From assembly GCA_040954595.2 (NCBI GenBank), contig CM082592.2, positions 1,302,001 to 1,366,000 of the forward strand: 64,000 bases of DNA, given 5' to 3'. A program made the position numbers and the translations under genes. This document shows positions 1 to 12,466 of this stretch, in pieces (within the stretch, counting starts at the first letter, position 1; the number at the start of each line of letters is the position of its first letter). The stretch is from Balanoglossus misakiensis (taxonomy: Eukaryota > Animalia > Hemichordata). The notes under the pieces are model-generated. The model made no database searches, had not been told where the DNA came from, and saw nothing but the letters and a program-made list of their open reading frames with translations.

Positions 1-249
1 GCCTTCACAACATGAACTTTGGATGCTGAAGAACAACAAAGATAATTTAAGAATTCAAATTACACAATGATACTTTCACAATTGAATTGCATGCAACTTT
101 AATCTGTAAGACCTGACCTCACTGGAAACTGAAAAGTATACGCGTATACCATTTTCATATATTAGTCTACAGCCCCCATGCAGCCATCATGAACTTGAAC
201 TAAAAGTGAGGCCATTGGAGAGAAGAGCTGTCAATAAGGAGTATGTTAC

Positions 250-417
250 CTGGTAAGGTTGATATCAGGTTATCAAAGAAATCTATAGCTGCTGCCATGG
301 GTACAGCTGAACCTATCTTCAGATGATTTTCTGTGACCTCTAATTGGCAGAGTTCCTGTACATGAGAGGTGGACACTACCATCGCGGGGCTTTTCTTCTG
401 CAAAACTGCTGTTAGAC
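250..417 (-). CDS. XDH: XDH/AOX exon 8 (168 nt)
   Basis: (G)[40 protein letters not shown]...ISTLP; phase 1 matches exon 7; bounded by tag and gtaaca. Confidence 0.88.
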
Positions 418-3400
418 CTATATAATTGTGTTAATAGAGATGTCTTTAATAATAATACTTAAATAAAGAATTATATAAAAAATAATAATTTTAATAATAA
501 TAGGTCCGATTTCCACAAAAAATTCACCATAGGGGTATCTTGGCTCAAAAAGAAAAAAAATGATATCCGTTTAGTGATCACATGTTTCTATGACAACCAT
601 TTTTGACCTGAAAATATGCATTTTTGCTAGGAGAGGGTATCACAAGTCAATTTAAATAATAATAATTATAGGTTGGATTTGAACACAAAATTACACTCAG
701 TCTGGCAGTATTTTTGGTCACAAAGAAAACATTTGGGGTTTATTTTCCGAATGCACATTTATAAGTTGGTGAAAATTGACTTCTTTCAAGACAGAGGAAC
801 TGCGCATGTGCAGAACAACTGGCAATACAGCCTGCCGATTTCCACAGTTTCACTACAAAAAATCACAAGATACAATAGTATCGCTCGGAAATCCAATCAA
901 TCAAATGTTCATGCATATTTCCTGACTGTCTACCAGTTTTAAAACATAAATCCATTGGTAGTGCATAAACGACTTTTACGTTTACCGTCTATTTGTTGTT
1001 GTATGGTTATCGAAGGAAGGCAGTTACAGGACACACTCGTAGAAGAGGTACACTGTTTGAGTGTTGACGGTGAGTCTGTGTTAACTTTGGCAGTTCAGCG
1101 TGACTTCAACACTAGATAGACAACTAGCAGAAAAGTCTGCAAACTTTTGAATTTCTGGAAATGTTTTATTTGGTACGGTTATGAAATAATTTTCGTTTAT
1201 GAAGAATCAAATCTCAGCGACGCACGATAGCTTCTGATGAATGCGAAGACCTGTCAGCTGACACGCAAATGCAGTCAAAACATAAAATTCAACGTTGAAA
1301 ACGGAACCGCGAGATGCCCCGTGTGTCTGTCCTGTCACCTCGTCTGAGAAAACAATAACATTCCCGAGAAATAACAACACGAAATCCAAAGTATCGTGAT
1401 AACATTTCTTCATTTCTCCGATTCTATTTGGCTGCCATGTAAACATTGCGTCTGTTTGACAACGACACAAACGTAGCATAACTCAGAAGTCAATACTTCG
1501 ATTAAAAATAATGATTTTAACACTAACCTTCCTGTTCCACGATATCTGTGGTTTCTCTGGCGCTCAAAATCTCACGATATGTGCAATTCTAAAGCCAACT
1601 TGGGTATTATTCCTGTCGTTTTAGCCACGAAAACTGGGCAGACGACACGACGCGAAATAGCTGGTTCACACTCAGTTGACATCGCGTGATTTCAGAGCGC
1701 GCGCAAACACGCGAAAAATTGCTACAATGTTGTACGTAAATAAACTCGGTCTCCAACTCCCGTTTGGTTTCGAGCGAAGTTTTTCACCTAAGATTTGTCG
1801 TACACACGCCACCAGACTAACCGGGTAACAAGGTTTTAAATATTGTTAACAATACCCGTGATCTTTTTGTGAATATGTAGAAAATCGCCAACCGAAAACG
1901 TTGAAACGTCGTCTGCAATTTTAGATACATAGGCCACTTTGAAAAATGTTGTCTTTAGCACTAAATTATGAATCTGAAGAATCAGGAATGATTGTACAGA
2001 AAATCCACCCGTGCTTATTAAATTGATAAATTGTTTATATAATTCTTTAAACCCCTTAACTGGTAATAATAATAATAATAATAATAATATAATAATAATA
2101 ATAATGTATTTTATACAGCGATTTCCATCAATAAAAAACATCACATCAAACCGCTTTACAATAACAAAGCCAAGCTCATGAAATACAACATTAAAAACCG
2201 TGAAAAACACACTGATAAAATGGCCTACTCGGCATTAATAGTTTATAAAAATGTTATTAAAAATAACAAAACTGTGAGTAAGTCAAGTATTTCTTAAAAG
2301 GGTAAATTTTGAGAGATGTCTTAAATGAAGCAACGGTTGGTGACAAACTAATTTTTTTTGGTAAGACATTCCAAAGAGTTGGCGCTGCATTAGAAAATGA
2401 ACGGTAACCAAAGTGTTCCTGGTACCAGTTTACTGCCTCCAAAATTGGTGTGAACGCTGAGCGTGTCATTCGATTAGGTTCATGAACTTGGCTCAGACTC
2501 AAGAAAAGAGGAGTGTGTTATAGCGTATGGTAGTAGAGGACTGAATCCAGCTGAGACGAGATACCCAGCTCACAAGCTGGAATTCTTGTGCCTGAAATGG
2601 GCGGTTACTGAAAAATTCAGGGACTACCTCTACGGCATGAAATTCACAGTCCTGATGGACAACAACCCACTCAAGTACGTGATGTCTACTTCGAAGCTTG
2701 ATGCGACTGGACAGCGTTGGGTGTCGGAGTTGTCGACTTTTGATTTTGAGATAAAGCACAGACCTGGATAGAGCAATGCCAATGCGGATGCCCTGTCGAG
2801 GATGCCGCAGTAGGAGGTTGAGAAAGCGCTCAGAGTAGTCAGTGGTGTTACCAAAAGCAAAGGTCGCCTGGCGAAGACTGAAATGCTAAACAACCCGCAG
2901 ATGCAAAGTGAAGACAAGGGATCATCCACATTGCCCGGCATTTGTTCTCAGACAGGAAGATGCCATCATCAGTATAGTTTTGTTTTACCTTGGCCGTGGC
3001 AGGAGACCGAGTAGACATGAGAGAGCTCTGGAAACCAAAGACACTAACCGATTATTGAAGCAGTGGGACAGGTTATGACTGAACAATGGATTGTTGTATA
3101 GGTGTTACAAGGATGACCAGAAGATGGAAAACAGACAGTTGGTACTTCCACAGAAACTGATAGACAGCGCTTTACAAGCTCTGCACAATGAAAATGGACA
3201 TCTCGGATTCGATAGGACACTGGACCTTATGCGAGGCCGTTTCAATTGGCCGGGTATGCAGAGTTGTGTGAAGTCCTGGTGTGAGACATGCAAGAGATGT
3301 ATATTGAGGAAGGCCCCACCTACGACTACGCGTGTACCTCTAGTCAGCATTCGTACGACCAGTCCACTCGAGCTTGTATGTATCGACTTCCTGACATTGG

Positions 3401-6400
3401 AACCATCCAAATGTGGCATTGAGAACGTACTGGTTGTAACCGACCACTTCAGTAGGTATGCACAGGCATACCCCACCAAAGATCAGAAGACGACTACCGT
3501 TGCTGAAGTCCTATGGAAAGAGTTCATTTCCCACTACGGTTTCCCTATAAGGATCCACGCCGACCAAGGCAGAAACTTTGAAAGCCAGATAGTGAAGGAG
3601 TTGTGCAAGCTTGCAGGTACTACCAAGAGTACCACCAGCTACCATGCACAGGGCAATGGGATGACGGAGAGGTACAATAAGACTCTTTTGGATATGTTAG
3701 GAACCCTCGTCCCATCCCAGAAAGCGAATTGGATAGTATATGTCAGTGCCATGACACATGTCTACAACTGTACAAAACACGAGTCAACTGGAACATCCCC
3801 ATTCTACTTTATGTTCATGCTTCACCCACGATTGCCGCTGGACCTGGCATTTGGAGTCGACGTAGAAGAGGGTGAACAGGAAGTCCAGCACTCAGAGTAC
3901 ATCTCGGGTCTCCGTGACAGACTCAAGAGGCCACGAAGAAGGCAGATGTGTCAAGAAAAAAACAGAAGCAGAGCTATGACAAGAAGGCGAAGGAAGATAT
4001 CCTCCAGCCAGGAGACCGGGTCCTTGTTCAAGATAAACACCCAACTCCCAGTAGAAGTAAGCTGAGAAACAGGTGGGAATTTGTGCCCTACATCGTTGTC
4101 AGTAAGAAAGCAGATGTCCCAGTCTATGTGAGTCAGTCCGAAGAAGACAGTGGGAAGCCGCGTGTGTTACACAGGAACATGCTGAGGCCAAGCATGTTTC
4201 TATCCCCAGCTACACCAGCCGCCACTAAAGAAGAAACAACTGATGGAGCTGCCACTTAGCTGAATGATGGCTGTGATACGGATGTGCAGTCAGATGAAGA
4301 CGAGTATAGTGATAGTTCAGATGATGTGGGAGTGTTGCAGACATACATAAGAAGGTACTCGTCCGGCTAGAAACAGGCATTGGACGATAGACCCAGAAAT
4401 GACCCACAGATAGAGCAGTTGGGAGCATGCCCTGCCCAGACTATTGAGGTCTCTGCACTGGCACCGCCGACAGCCGAGACAGAGGCGAGTTGGAGGCAGC
4501 AGTACAGTGGTATCGTTCCAGTAGAAGACAGTCAAGACAAGAGAGAAGAGCCAAACTCATGTGTGACAGAAGAGAAGTCAGTGTTAATGTCAGTGAGCGA
4601 ACCAGTAGGAGGAGCCGAATCTACATTCAAAGAAGATGACGTTTCATTCCAGAAAAATGTAGTGTCAGACCCTACCGCAGCAGGTTTAGATGCCACAGGA
4701 GACTCAACCTTAATCCCAGAGGAGACCATTGTAAACAACAGTCCTGTTGATGTTACCAAACCAGAGAAACCGCATGTGCATGACCAGACAGAGGACGAGA
4801 CCAGTGTACAGGGAGAAGTGGAACAGAGGTACCCATCTAGGGCTAGGCAACCACCAGACGGATTGATATACTATTGTATGAGTTTGATGTGTGCACTGAT
4901 AAAAAGACAGTCATGCAAGAACCTGCATCGAGAACACTTGACAAATGACAGTTGTAGCCAGATTACATGAACTGTACTGTTAGCATATTGTATGTGTAGG
5001 ATTGATGTTACAGGTTAACGATAGGGACATCGTTCCATAAACAGGCGGAGTATGTGGCCGGGTATTACTTGCATTGGGTAATTTCAGTGTTAAATTTCCG
5101 TACAAAATCATATTTTACATTATTGTTCATTGTGTTCAATCTTTGATATTGGATGCATTACATTGTTTGAAGACTTCAGCGGGCTGCCCCCTAGAGTCAG
5201 ATATGTGAGGGAAAGTCCCCAAGCTTGACCTTTGACATATAGGTGTCTAACATGGCCGCTGTTTGTGTTTTACTATAGGTAAGCACTCTCTTCGTAATCA
5301 GTTATTTTCTGAGGCGTAACCGAGCAATCCACTCTTGAGATATGCATCGTTGAGCAATTTTCTCATTCTCTGAAAAGACAATACAGTGATTCAACTACTG
5401 GATAGAGACTTTCATATTGTCTTTCGATACTCTTTACTTCTCAACATCGCCGTTATTTTTGTGTCTGGTGTTAACTTGGCCCCGGTGTAATGATTTTAAC
5501 ATATCTGTGGTGAGACTTTTTTTGACAAGCTAAAAATGTTGGACACGTTGGACTATGACAGACACCTTCTTGCATTTTGCAAAAAGTGTCTATGTTACTC
5601 CCAAGAAATAATTTTTATAGTCGATGTTCACAAAATATTTTCAAGCCAATTTTGTCGTTTTAGTGCCTTCTGGGCACTGTACATTTATGAACTAACTACA
5701 TACCTATTTCATTGTTACCTCCGCTCAGTTTTGCTTCAGGGTAACGCTGTTTTATGTCAGTCAGGGTTCCTAATGTCGTTGGTCTCAACCAAGTGACACG
5801 TGGCCCCTTAAAAACAAGCTCTTCCGTATGCAAGTCTTGATTTGACTGTGTGTGATAAAAAAAACTAACAAAATGTTTCCCCGCATCATATTTGTAAAAT
5901 GTCAACGTTTTGATAAACAAGTAAATGTAAGTTAACTGATTCATAATAAAATAGCAAAAGTGAAAACACCAGTTGCTTCCATAATTATTTATTGTAAGAG
6001 TCACAACATTTGTGTGAATACCACGAAAATCTAACATAATCAATAGTTTAGGAAACTAGTATGGCCTACAATTGAGTATGTCGATTATGCACGCATCTCA
6101 ACAGATACCCGAGTTAATTACATGTACAAGGTGCAGATGTAGTGTCAAGTGTAATACATGTATATGCTTATAGAAAAACTACACAAAGGACACCATCAAT
6201 TGCCTGAGATAGTTTCTTAACATTTACGTGTGTTAAACAAAACGGGCCTTAGTAATATTGAGGCAACAGAAGAATATATAGATCTATGTGTCATGTACAT
6301 ATATATCGTGGTCTGCAAATAATATTATCGTACTCACAAGCAACTCAGGAGGAAATATCAAATCTTGTGTTTGATCCTTCAACGGGCTATTCGCTTCATT

Positions 6401-9400
6401 CTTGTCGATAGACCGCGTGGTGGCGCTGCTGTTTATTCCATTAACACTGTCGGCATCAGAGCGACAGCATCTACCCTGAGCACGCGTTTTCTGACAACAT
6501 GTGTTCTATGATAAAGTTTCAGTGTGGCATTTTACTATCTTCGAAAAATAGATGAATTTGTACGTCAACAGTGCAATCACAATTATGAATATTTATATGC
6601 AATGTTAACGTTTTACGAAAATTATCACATACATAGCTTGTCTATTACCATAGTATGACGTCAGAAATATGGTAATATGGACAATCGACGATTAGACGAT
6701 TGCCCGTGTACATTTTTATTGCACCACCCCCAAGGTTATTGTTCGTTGAATAACTACCGCTCTTGTCTCACTGGAACAGTGCACAAGTTTATAGGATTCT
6801 GTTTATTTTCACTTGCTTAGTAATAGCCAAACTAACCTTAGCAAAGGAAAAAAATCCTTGCAAGATTGAACGATATCCTGTACACCTACAGACCATACCG
6901 CCCAGCTGTGCCTCTATTTCCAACTTTGATGGCTTAGGGTTGTTGCGCAGCAATGCATACATGCTCATAACCATGCCTGGAGTACAGAAGCCACACTGAA
7001 CTCCATGATTTTTGGTGATTTGTTCCTGAAGATTAATCATCAGATATGTTGATTTAAAGATTCAAAACGTACAACATTGCAAGTAATAACATGATAACAT
7101 TAAATATGTCACACTAAAGTCAATTCGATATGTATGTAAACTGAAAGCATTATTAAACGAACTATAGTTATTTCAGAAACTTTTGTTATATATGTGCATA
7201 CTTCCTGTTTATAAATTGCAAACTACATATGCATTATTAAACTTTAATAATCCCTAAATTGCGAAACCTTACAACGGCACAGGTACGAACCTCGACAAAG
7301 CAATGGGATTACACATTTACAAAGTTACGAGTTACGTATCAGCAAAAGTGATTTAAACCTTCAGACATGATGGTTCTTCATGCACTGTTTTATGCCATAC
7401 GAGAACAGTGTGTCTAACGTAACATATTTCAAGAATTTACGAGTCACATGTGATTTACCAAGTAATAACGAGTCGACAATTGCACAAATTTAACTATGTG
7501 AATTGTTAATTAACGCCACTAATTACCCCACTGCGGTGTTTCTGGATTTGATGAAAATCTGACCGTACTGTTCGATTCCACCTTGCTTGGAATCTGCCCT
7601 TGGACAGGTGCATTTGTTTTACAAAAACGTGGATGTTCAGTTAAGTGAACCCACCTGTATGGGATGGAGTTTATCTTCAACGCTGCCAATGCCTTCAATG
7701 GTAGTAACAGCTTTCCCATGGACCGAACAAACGGGGTAGAGACAAGCTGTAACACAGCAATGCCTATGTAGGGAGGCGGCAAGAGAGACAAAGAGGAGGA
7801 AATAGAGAAAGAGGGGGAGAGGGGTAGTAGTTTAGTTATTTACTTTGTATATCGCCAAAGCATTATTTCTGACATAAAAGTAATATTGAAAAATTAGTTT
7901 CAAATGGTTATTGACCATACATTACCTAATTTCCTTTGAAACCGTATCGACGCTGGACACCATCACAGTACAGGCACCACACCCACCTTCTCCACATGAT
8001 AATTTTGTCCCTTTTAAATATACTAGACAGTAAGTGTTAAAGGGTTTGTGACATGCCTTGAAAGGTTTTCATTTGTCCCCGTCAAAAGCTCACCTAGGGT
8101 ACCTGTCTATGCATTGCCTATTGTGTCGGTTCTGAAAAATGTGCGCGAATGCCAGAATTGCCACCTTTTTATGCCTGTGATCAGAAAGCCACTTCGCACT
8201 CGAGCCAGGCGAGGGTATTTGCATATGGACAAACAAATCCCAGTAAAGTGTAATTAGCGGTCCATGAGTAATTAAGTCTACAGACAAAGACAAGCTATAT
8301 AAACAGTTTTCAAAGCAAAGGAAGCCCTTGTCTGACATTACAGGCAGAGGATTAACAAAGGTGTGAAAGACTATTTGTCCACATCAAGATAAGTCTTCGG
8401 TTTAACTTCGAAAATCCGAAAAAAATCAACATATAGGCCTTTCACACGTGCCGTCAACGCCGCCCCAGGGGCGGCCCTAGGGCGGCGTTAATTTGTAAGT
8501 GCCACGTGTGAAAAGGTGAGAGCGGCCCTGCGCTGCTCTTTTTCTGGGACGGTGTTGAGGGGTGGGACCTGGGTCGGGGCGCCGCACTAAGCAGCGATTC
8601 AAATCACGTGTGAACAGAAACACCGCACTAAACGTCGATCTAAACGCACTCTGCCGATGCGGTTTGTCTCATTAAGCGCTGCATTAAGCGTTGAGGTTCA
8701 CTTTACTAAAACAATGGCCGAAGCAGTGTCTCGAGGCAACAATTGGAGTGACGCGGTAATGGCCAAGGCACATACACAGTAATTGCAAACTCGACCTCCG
8801 ACGACGATCTTGTAGCATGGACTGCAGTCTTCCAATCGCAACCTCCAATGAAAGGTTACCGTAAACGGGTATCGGGTCATTCAAATGCCCATGAAATCGG
8901 CATCGACGACGTTTAAAAAGCAAATTCAGGAGTACCATATACAGTAAACACATCACTGGATCCGCCATTGTGACCTTTTAGCCACGCTGCTGTGGACGCA
9001 CGTAGAGGGCGATGACCCCGTCCCTTTTATACACATGTGAATGCAAAACAATTTGAGTCGCTGATAAGAAATGTTTACCAACTTTTATAATCCCAAAAAG
9101 GGCGCCCTAACCATGGCACGTGTGCAAGCGGCTTTCGTTGGGTAAGGGGTACACGCCCACTCGCCACTTTTCCTTGCCTGTTATCTAAGCACAGAGGGCG
9201 ATACGCAATGCCAAATAGTAACATATGTTAACTTCAAGACCCAAATAGTGATTTTACGCGTGGTGGTATAGGGCATGTCATAGGCACTTTAAGGAGAATA
9301 GTTTACCAGTAGTTTTACATAATAGAAGTTGCAATATATGTCTTTTTCGAAATGTATTCATTTTTCGACATCTATTCTTTTCATGACGTTAAAAGTAATT

Positions 9401-10209
9401 AATGAAATGTTTCTTATAATAACAGTTGCATATAACATTCGAAATTTTTACGTGCTCAAAAATATTAAAAGGATACAGACATCTCTGAGGTACTTCAGTA
9501 GTGTCAGTTCTGGATCTACGTTTTTCTCGACAACCTTTCAAAATGAATATAAATAAAATAGAAATTAGAATCAGTTCACACTTAATATTGATGAGATTGG
9601 CAATTAATTCCAAAATTAGGTAACTTCGAACCAGGGTACCGAGAATTGTGTTCTGCTCAGGTGTGAAGAGGTCCGTTAAAGTGATTGAGGTTACCCTTAA
9701 AGTAGCCCCCCCCCCCCTCACCTGAAACCACGTTCTAATCTCAGCTCCTCTGACCCCTACCCATTATGTGTGAACGCAAAAAATGGCACTTATACAGATA
9801 TATTGATGACCCAGAAAGCAAATTACCAATTCATATATAATTCAAATTAGGGGATACCGGAAACCCCATCCTACATTATGTTCATACTATTTGAACTTCA
9901 CACAAGTATCTCAATATTCTTATTTATGATACAAACATTATTTCTTTCCTGTGTACGTGCACTACTTTCTGGCATATTCTTAAATATTTACCCATTTCAA
10001 TGCATAGTAGGAAATCGAGCTGTCATAATGGCATAAAGTATTCATGTACATGCAGAAAACACAGTTTTCGCTTCGTCTGTGTTCACGTTTTTCACTTGAA
10101 GAACAAACGGTTACTAATAACATGAAATAAGCCCTACCCTTTCGCCGTTGACATAGAAGATGAGCACATCGCTTTCACCTTTGTTGGGTTTGCTCATGGT
10201 TCCTGGCAT
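250..10209 (-). CDS. XDH: Xanthine dehydrogenase/aldehyde oxidase family gene, 5' part (8 coding exons: two 2Fe-2S domains and the start of the FAD domain); continues beyond the left edge
   Basis: Eight GT-AG exons splice in frame to ...[51 protein letters not shown].../...VTTIEGIG...[35 protein letters not shown]...CRCTGYR.../...[10 protein letters not shown]/...GPRVTWLRP...GGNNEIG/...IGSAV. XDH cannot be separated from AOX using this part alone. Confidence 0.93.
2064..2500 (-). mobile_element. 3' end of an L2/CR1-group LINE with (TTA)n tail
   Basis: C-terminal motif [17 protein letters not shown]...FKTSLK, 3' UTR tgtaaagcg...cgctgtataaaat, and microsatellite tail at about 2064-2105. Confidence 0.8.
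2502..5490 (+). mobile_element. 5'-truncated Gypsy/Ty3 LTR retrotransposon relic (RNase H end, integrase, probable 3' LTR from 5053)
   Basis: AYGSRGL...[15 protein letters not shown]...DNNPL (RNase H); H..GHLG...C..C zinc motif, [32 protein letters not shown] (integrase); stops and frameshifts. Purine-rich tract then TG at 5053. LTR end approximate. Confidence 0.9.
5704..5845 (-). CDS. XDH: XDH/AOX exon 7 (142 nt)
   Basis: [25 protein letters not shown]...[13 protein letters not shown](G); bounded by cag and gtatgt. Confidence 0.93.
6338..6505 (-). CDS. XDH: XDH/AOX exon 6 (168 nt, linker)
   Basis: NTCCQK...GRCCRS...[14 protein letters not shown]; bounded by tag and gtgagt, phase 0-0. Confidence 0.92.
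6837..7025 (-). CDS. XDH: XDH/AOX exon 5 (189 nt)
   Basis: [32 protein letters not shown]...[19 protein letters not shown]; bounded by cag and gttagt. Confidence 0.95.
7655..7763 (-). CDS. XDH: XDH/AOX exon 4 (109 nt)
   Basis: [36 protein letters not shown]; bounded by tag and gtgggt. Confidence 0.95.
7926..8022 (-). CDS. XDH: XDH/AOX exon 3 (97 nt)
   Basis: [31 protein letters not shown] carries the Fe-S cysteine motif; bounded by tag and gtaat. Confidence 0.95.
8023..9476 (-). other. U12-type (minor spliceosome) GT-AG intron 2 of the XDH/AOX gene
   Basis: 5' splice site GTATCCTTTT; branch-site-like CCCTTTAAC (8036-8044) close to the AG, with no long polypyrimidine tract. Confidence 0.9.
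8436..9132. mobile_element. Internally deleted PIF/Harbinger-like element inside the U12 intron
   Basis: Imperfect TIR GGCCTTTCACACGTGCC ... GGCACGTGTGCAAGCGGC; GC-rich subterminal repeats; converging ORF stubs at 8714 (+) and 8968 (-). Confidence 0.65.
9477..9534 (-). CDS. XDH: XDH/AOX exon 2 (58 nt)
   Basis: Acceptor aag, [19 protein letters not shown] plus T, then donor GTATCCTTTT (U12 type). Confidence 0.92.
10138..10209 (-). CDS. XDH: XDH/AOX exon 1 (ATG at 10209 or 10197)
   Basis: [24 protein letters not shown] followed by donor GTAGGG, phase 0. Confidence 0.88.
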
Positions 10210-11330
10210 GATAGACACAGTTCTATATGAGAGATGAAATTGAACGAGTAAGTAAGAGGTGTTTGCTCTTGTCCAGAAAAAAAATCTACTGCTCGCGTGG
10301 TGGGAAGACAAAGGAACTGCATTACATAACATCCAGCTGCTTGTCCGTCAACGGATAACATGCATCCGTTAACATGTGAAGATTGTGGGGAAGTATCACA
10401 TTCAGTGACTTGCTGTCAAGGAGACCTGCTCTTGTGTCCAAATTGTAACAAGAAGCGCTTTGGTCATGTCAGTAAGAGTGATTCCAGTGATTCTGGTAAG
10501 AGTCCCATCATCATAAATGAGCTGCTTTGCTTTATTGTCAACAAAATCGACGTCCTGACGACAGATGTGCTGGTTATTGATATTACTAAATTGGTTCATG
10601 AGACAGAAGTTGGATCGATGCCTTGCTTTGTGGCGAAAGATATTTCTAGGTTGCCACATGTCGACATTACGCATGTAGACATATCGGTAATCCTTAAAGA
10701 TCTAAAAACGCTGAGATGGGAGATGACCCAACTGAAAGACTTTCGATCCAAGCCCGATTCAAGCGTGTTATCTGCAGAAATTAACGAATTACGTCAAGAA
10801 GTCGATAACCTGAAGGCTAATACTTGTAATTCGAAATCTCACACTGACGCCATTGTTATCCCAACGCCATCTGTGCCTTTGGAAATGGCCCAAAATAAAA
10901 CATTCGTGTTCGAGGCGCAATATATGGAACATGATTCTACTGTGAATCCAGATGCTCAGAAATCCTCGACAGAAAATGGGAATGGGGTATTAACCTCCTA
11001 CGCTGCTGCTGTTAGGTCAATCGCCCCCGAAAAGTCGACAGTTGCGACGCACTTACCGGCACGTCGCCGCCTGGTGGAAAATCGACCAGGGCAAGTTTCC
11101 AGGGATAACGACGGTTTCACCACTGTCTCCCGTCGTCGTAAAAGACGTCAAGGTGCCACAATTGGTACAGCGAAAACTGATTAAACGTGTAATATTAAAG
11201 TGGTAAACACAAAGTCTCCGTTTAAGGCTTTTGTGTCAAGACTGTCTACAACAACAACTGAACAGGACATTGTGTTATATGTGAAACAGTCACTAAACCT
11301 GAATGTGAGTTGCCAGAAATTAAAGACTAA

Positions 11331-12107
11331 GGCTGCATTCACAAACACCTCTGGAGGGGGGGGGGGAGAATTGAGGGGGGGGATTTGAAAAAATTGAGGG
11401 TATGTAAGGGGGGATTTGAAATAATTTAGGGACTGAAAGGGGGGGGTCTTGAAAACTTTGACGACTAAATATTTATTTTGAGTCCACAAAAATGCAGTTT
11501 CGAGCCCTTAATTTTACAAAATTGTCTAATGTGTGAGGGGGACACCCCCTCCCACACCCACCCCTCCATTCATCAACACCTTTCAATAATTGACTGGTTT
11601 ATCTAGTGTCCCAGGTCAGAGGACTTGCCCCCACCCCATGATAACTTTGAGCGCCGACGGTTAAATTTGTCCTCCCCAACATACCGGTTGAGTTAATTTG
11701 CTTTTGCCGGGTTCATTAAAATGCAGCTTTGAGCTCTGTATTTTATAAAATTTTCTTACGTGGGAGGGGGACACCCCCTCCCAAACCCACCCCCTTCAAT
11801 TCTCGGTTTACAATGTCTCCCAACACAGAATACAAATACTTAAAAAATTAAAACAATGTTCAGTTTTAATACCCACTGATGAGGGGAATCATCAGTTTCA
11901 AATTCTTTTCATGGCAACGCTGTTTTTCTTTTTTACAAGATAGATGTGTTTTGCTCTGTGAAAGAAAATGGGGGGGGGATTTCAAAATTTTGGCAGTACG
12001 GAAGGGGGGATTTGAAAATAGTTCGGGGGCATGTGAAAATTAGCAGTAAAAAAATTGAATTCTCCCGCTCCCCCCCCCCCCCTCCAGAAGTGATTGTGAA
12101 TGCAGCC
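11331..12107. mobile_element. Harbinger-type MITE inserted in LINE ORF1
   Basis: TIR GGCTGCATTCACAA / TTGTGAATGCAGCC with TAA target duplication; excision restores KLKTKFDSYSSFRI. Confidence 0.9.
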
Positions 12108-12466
12108 TAAGTTCGATTCTTATTCCTCATTCCGTATTGAATGTGATCAGGAACATGCTGGAGTCGTTCTTAATCCAGAACTATGGCCTGTGGGGCACTT
12201 ATTCGCAACTAACTGCATGGTTAACTCATTAAGAATAACCTCGTACAACTGCCGGGGTCTCAAGTCGTCTCTCAGAGCAATCACGGACATTTGCAAACAG
12301 AGTGATATCTGTCTTATCCAAACACACTGGCTGTCAAAAGCTGAACTTAGTGTAATGTCTCATATTAGTGATGATTTTTATGCTGCTGGAGAATCTGCAA
12401 TGGATGACGAAGGAGGAATCCGTCTTGGTCGTCCATATGGCGGTGTTGCTGTACTGTGGCGTAAAA

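Noticed and set aside
500-2060. Intronic block that looks like a DNA-transposon interior
   Set aside because: No matching TIR pair, TSD or coding motif could be established.
4380-4970. 196-aa acidic ORF as an env-like or captured gene
   Set aside because: Low-complexity tail ending [11 protein letters not shown], typical of Gypsy pol C-termini; no signal peptide or transmembrane segment.
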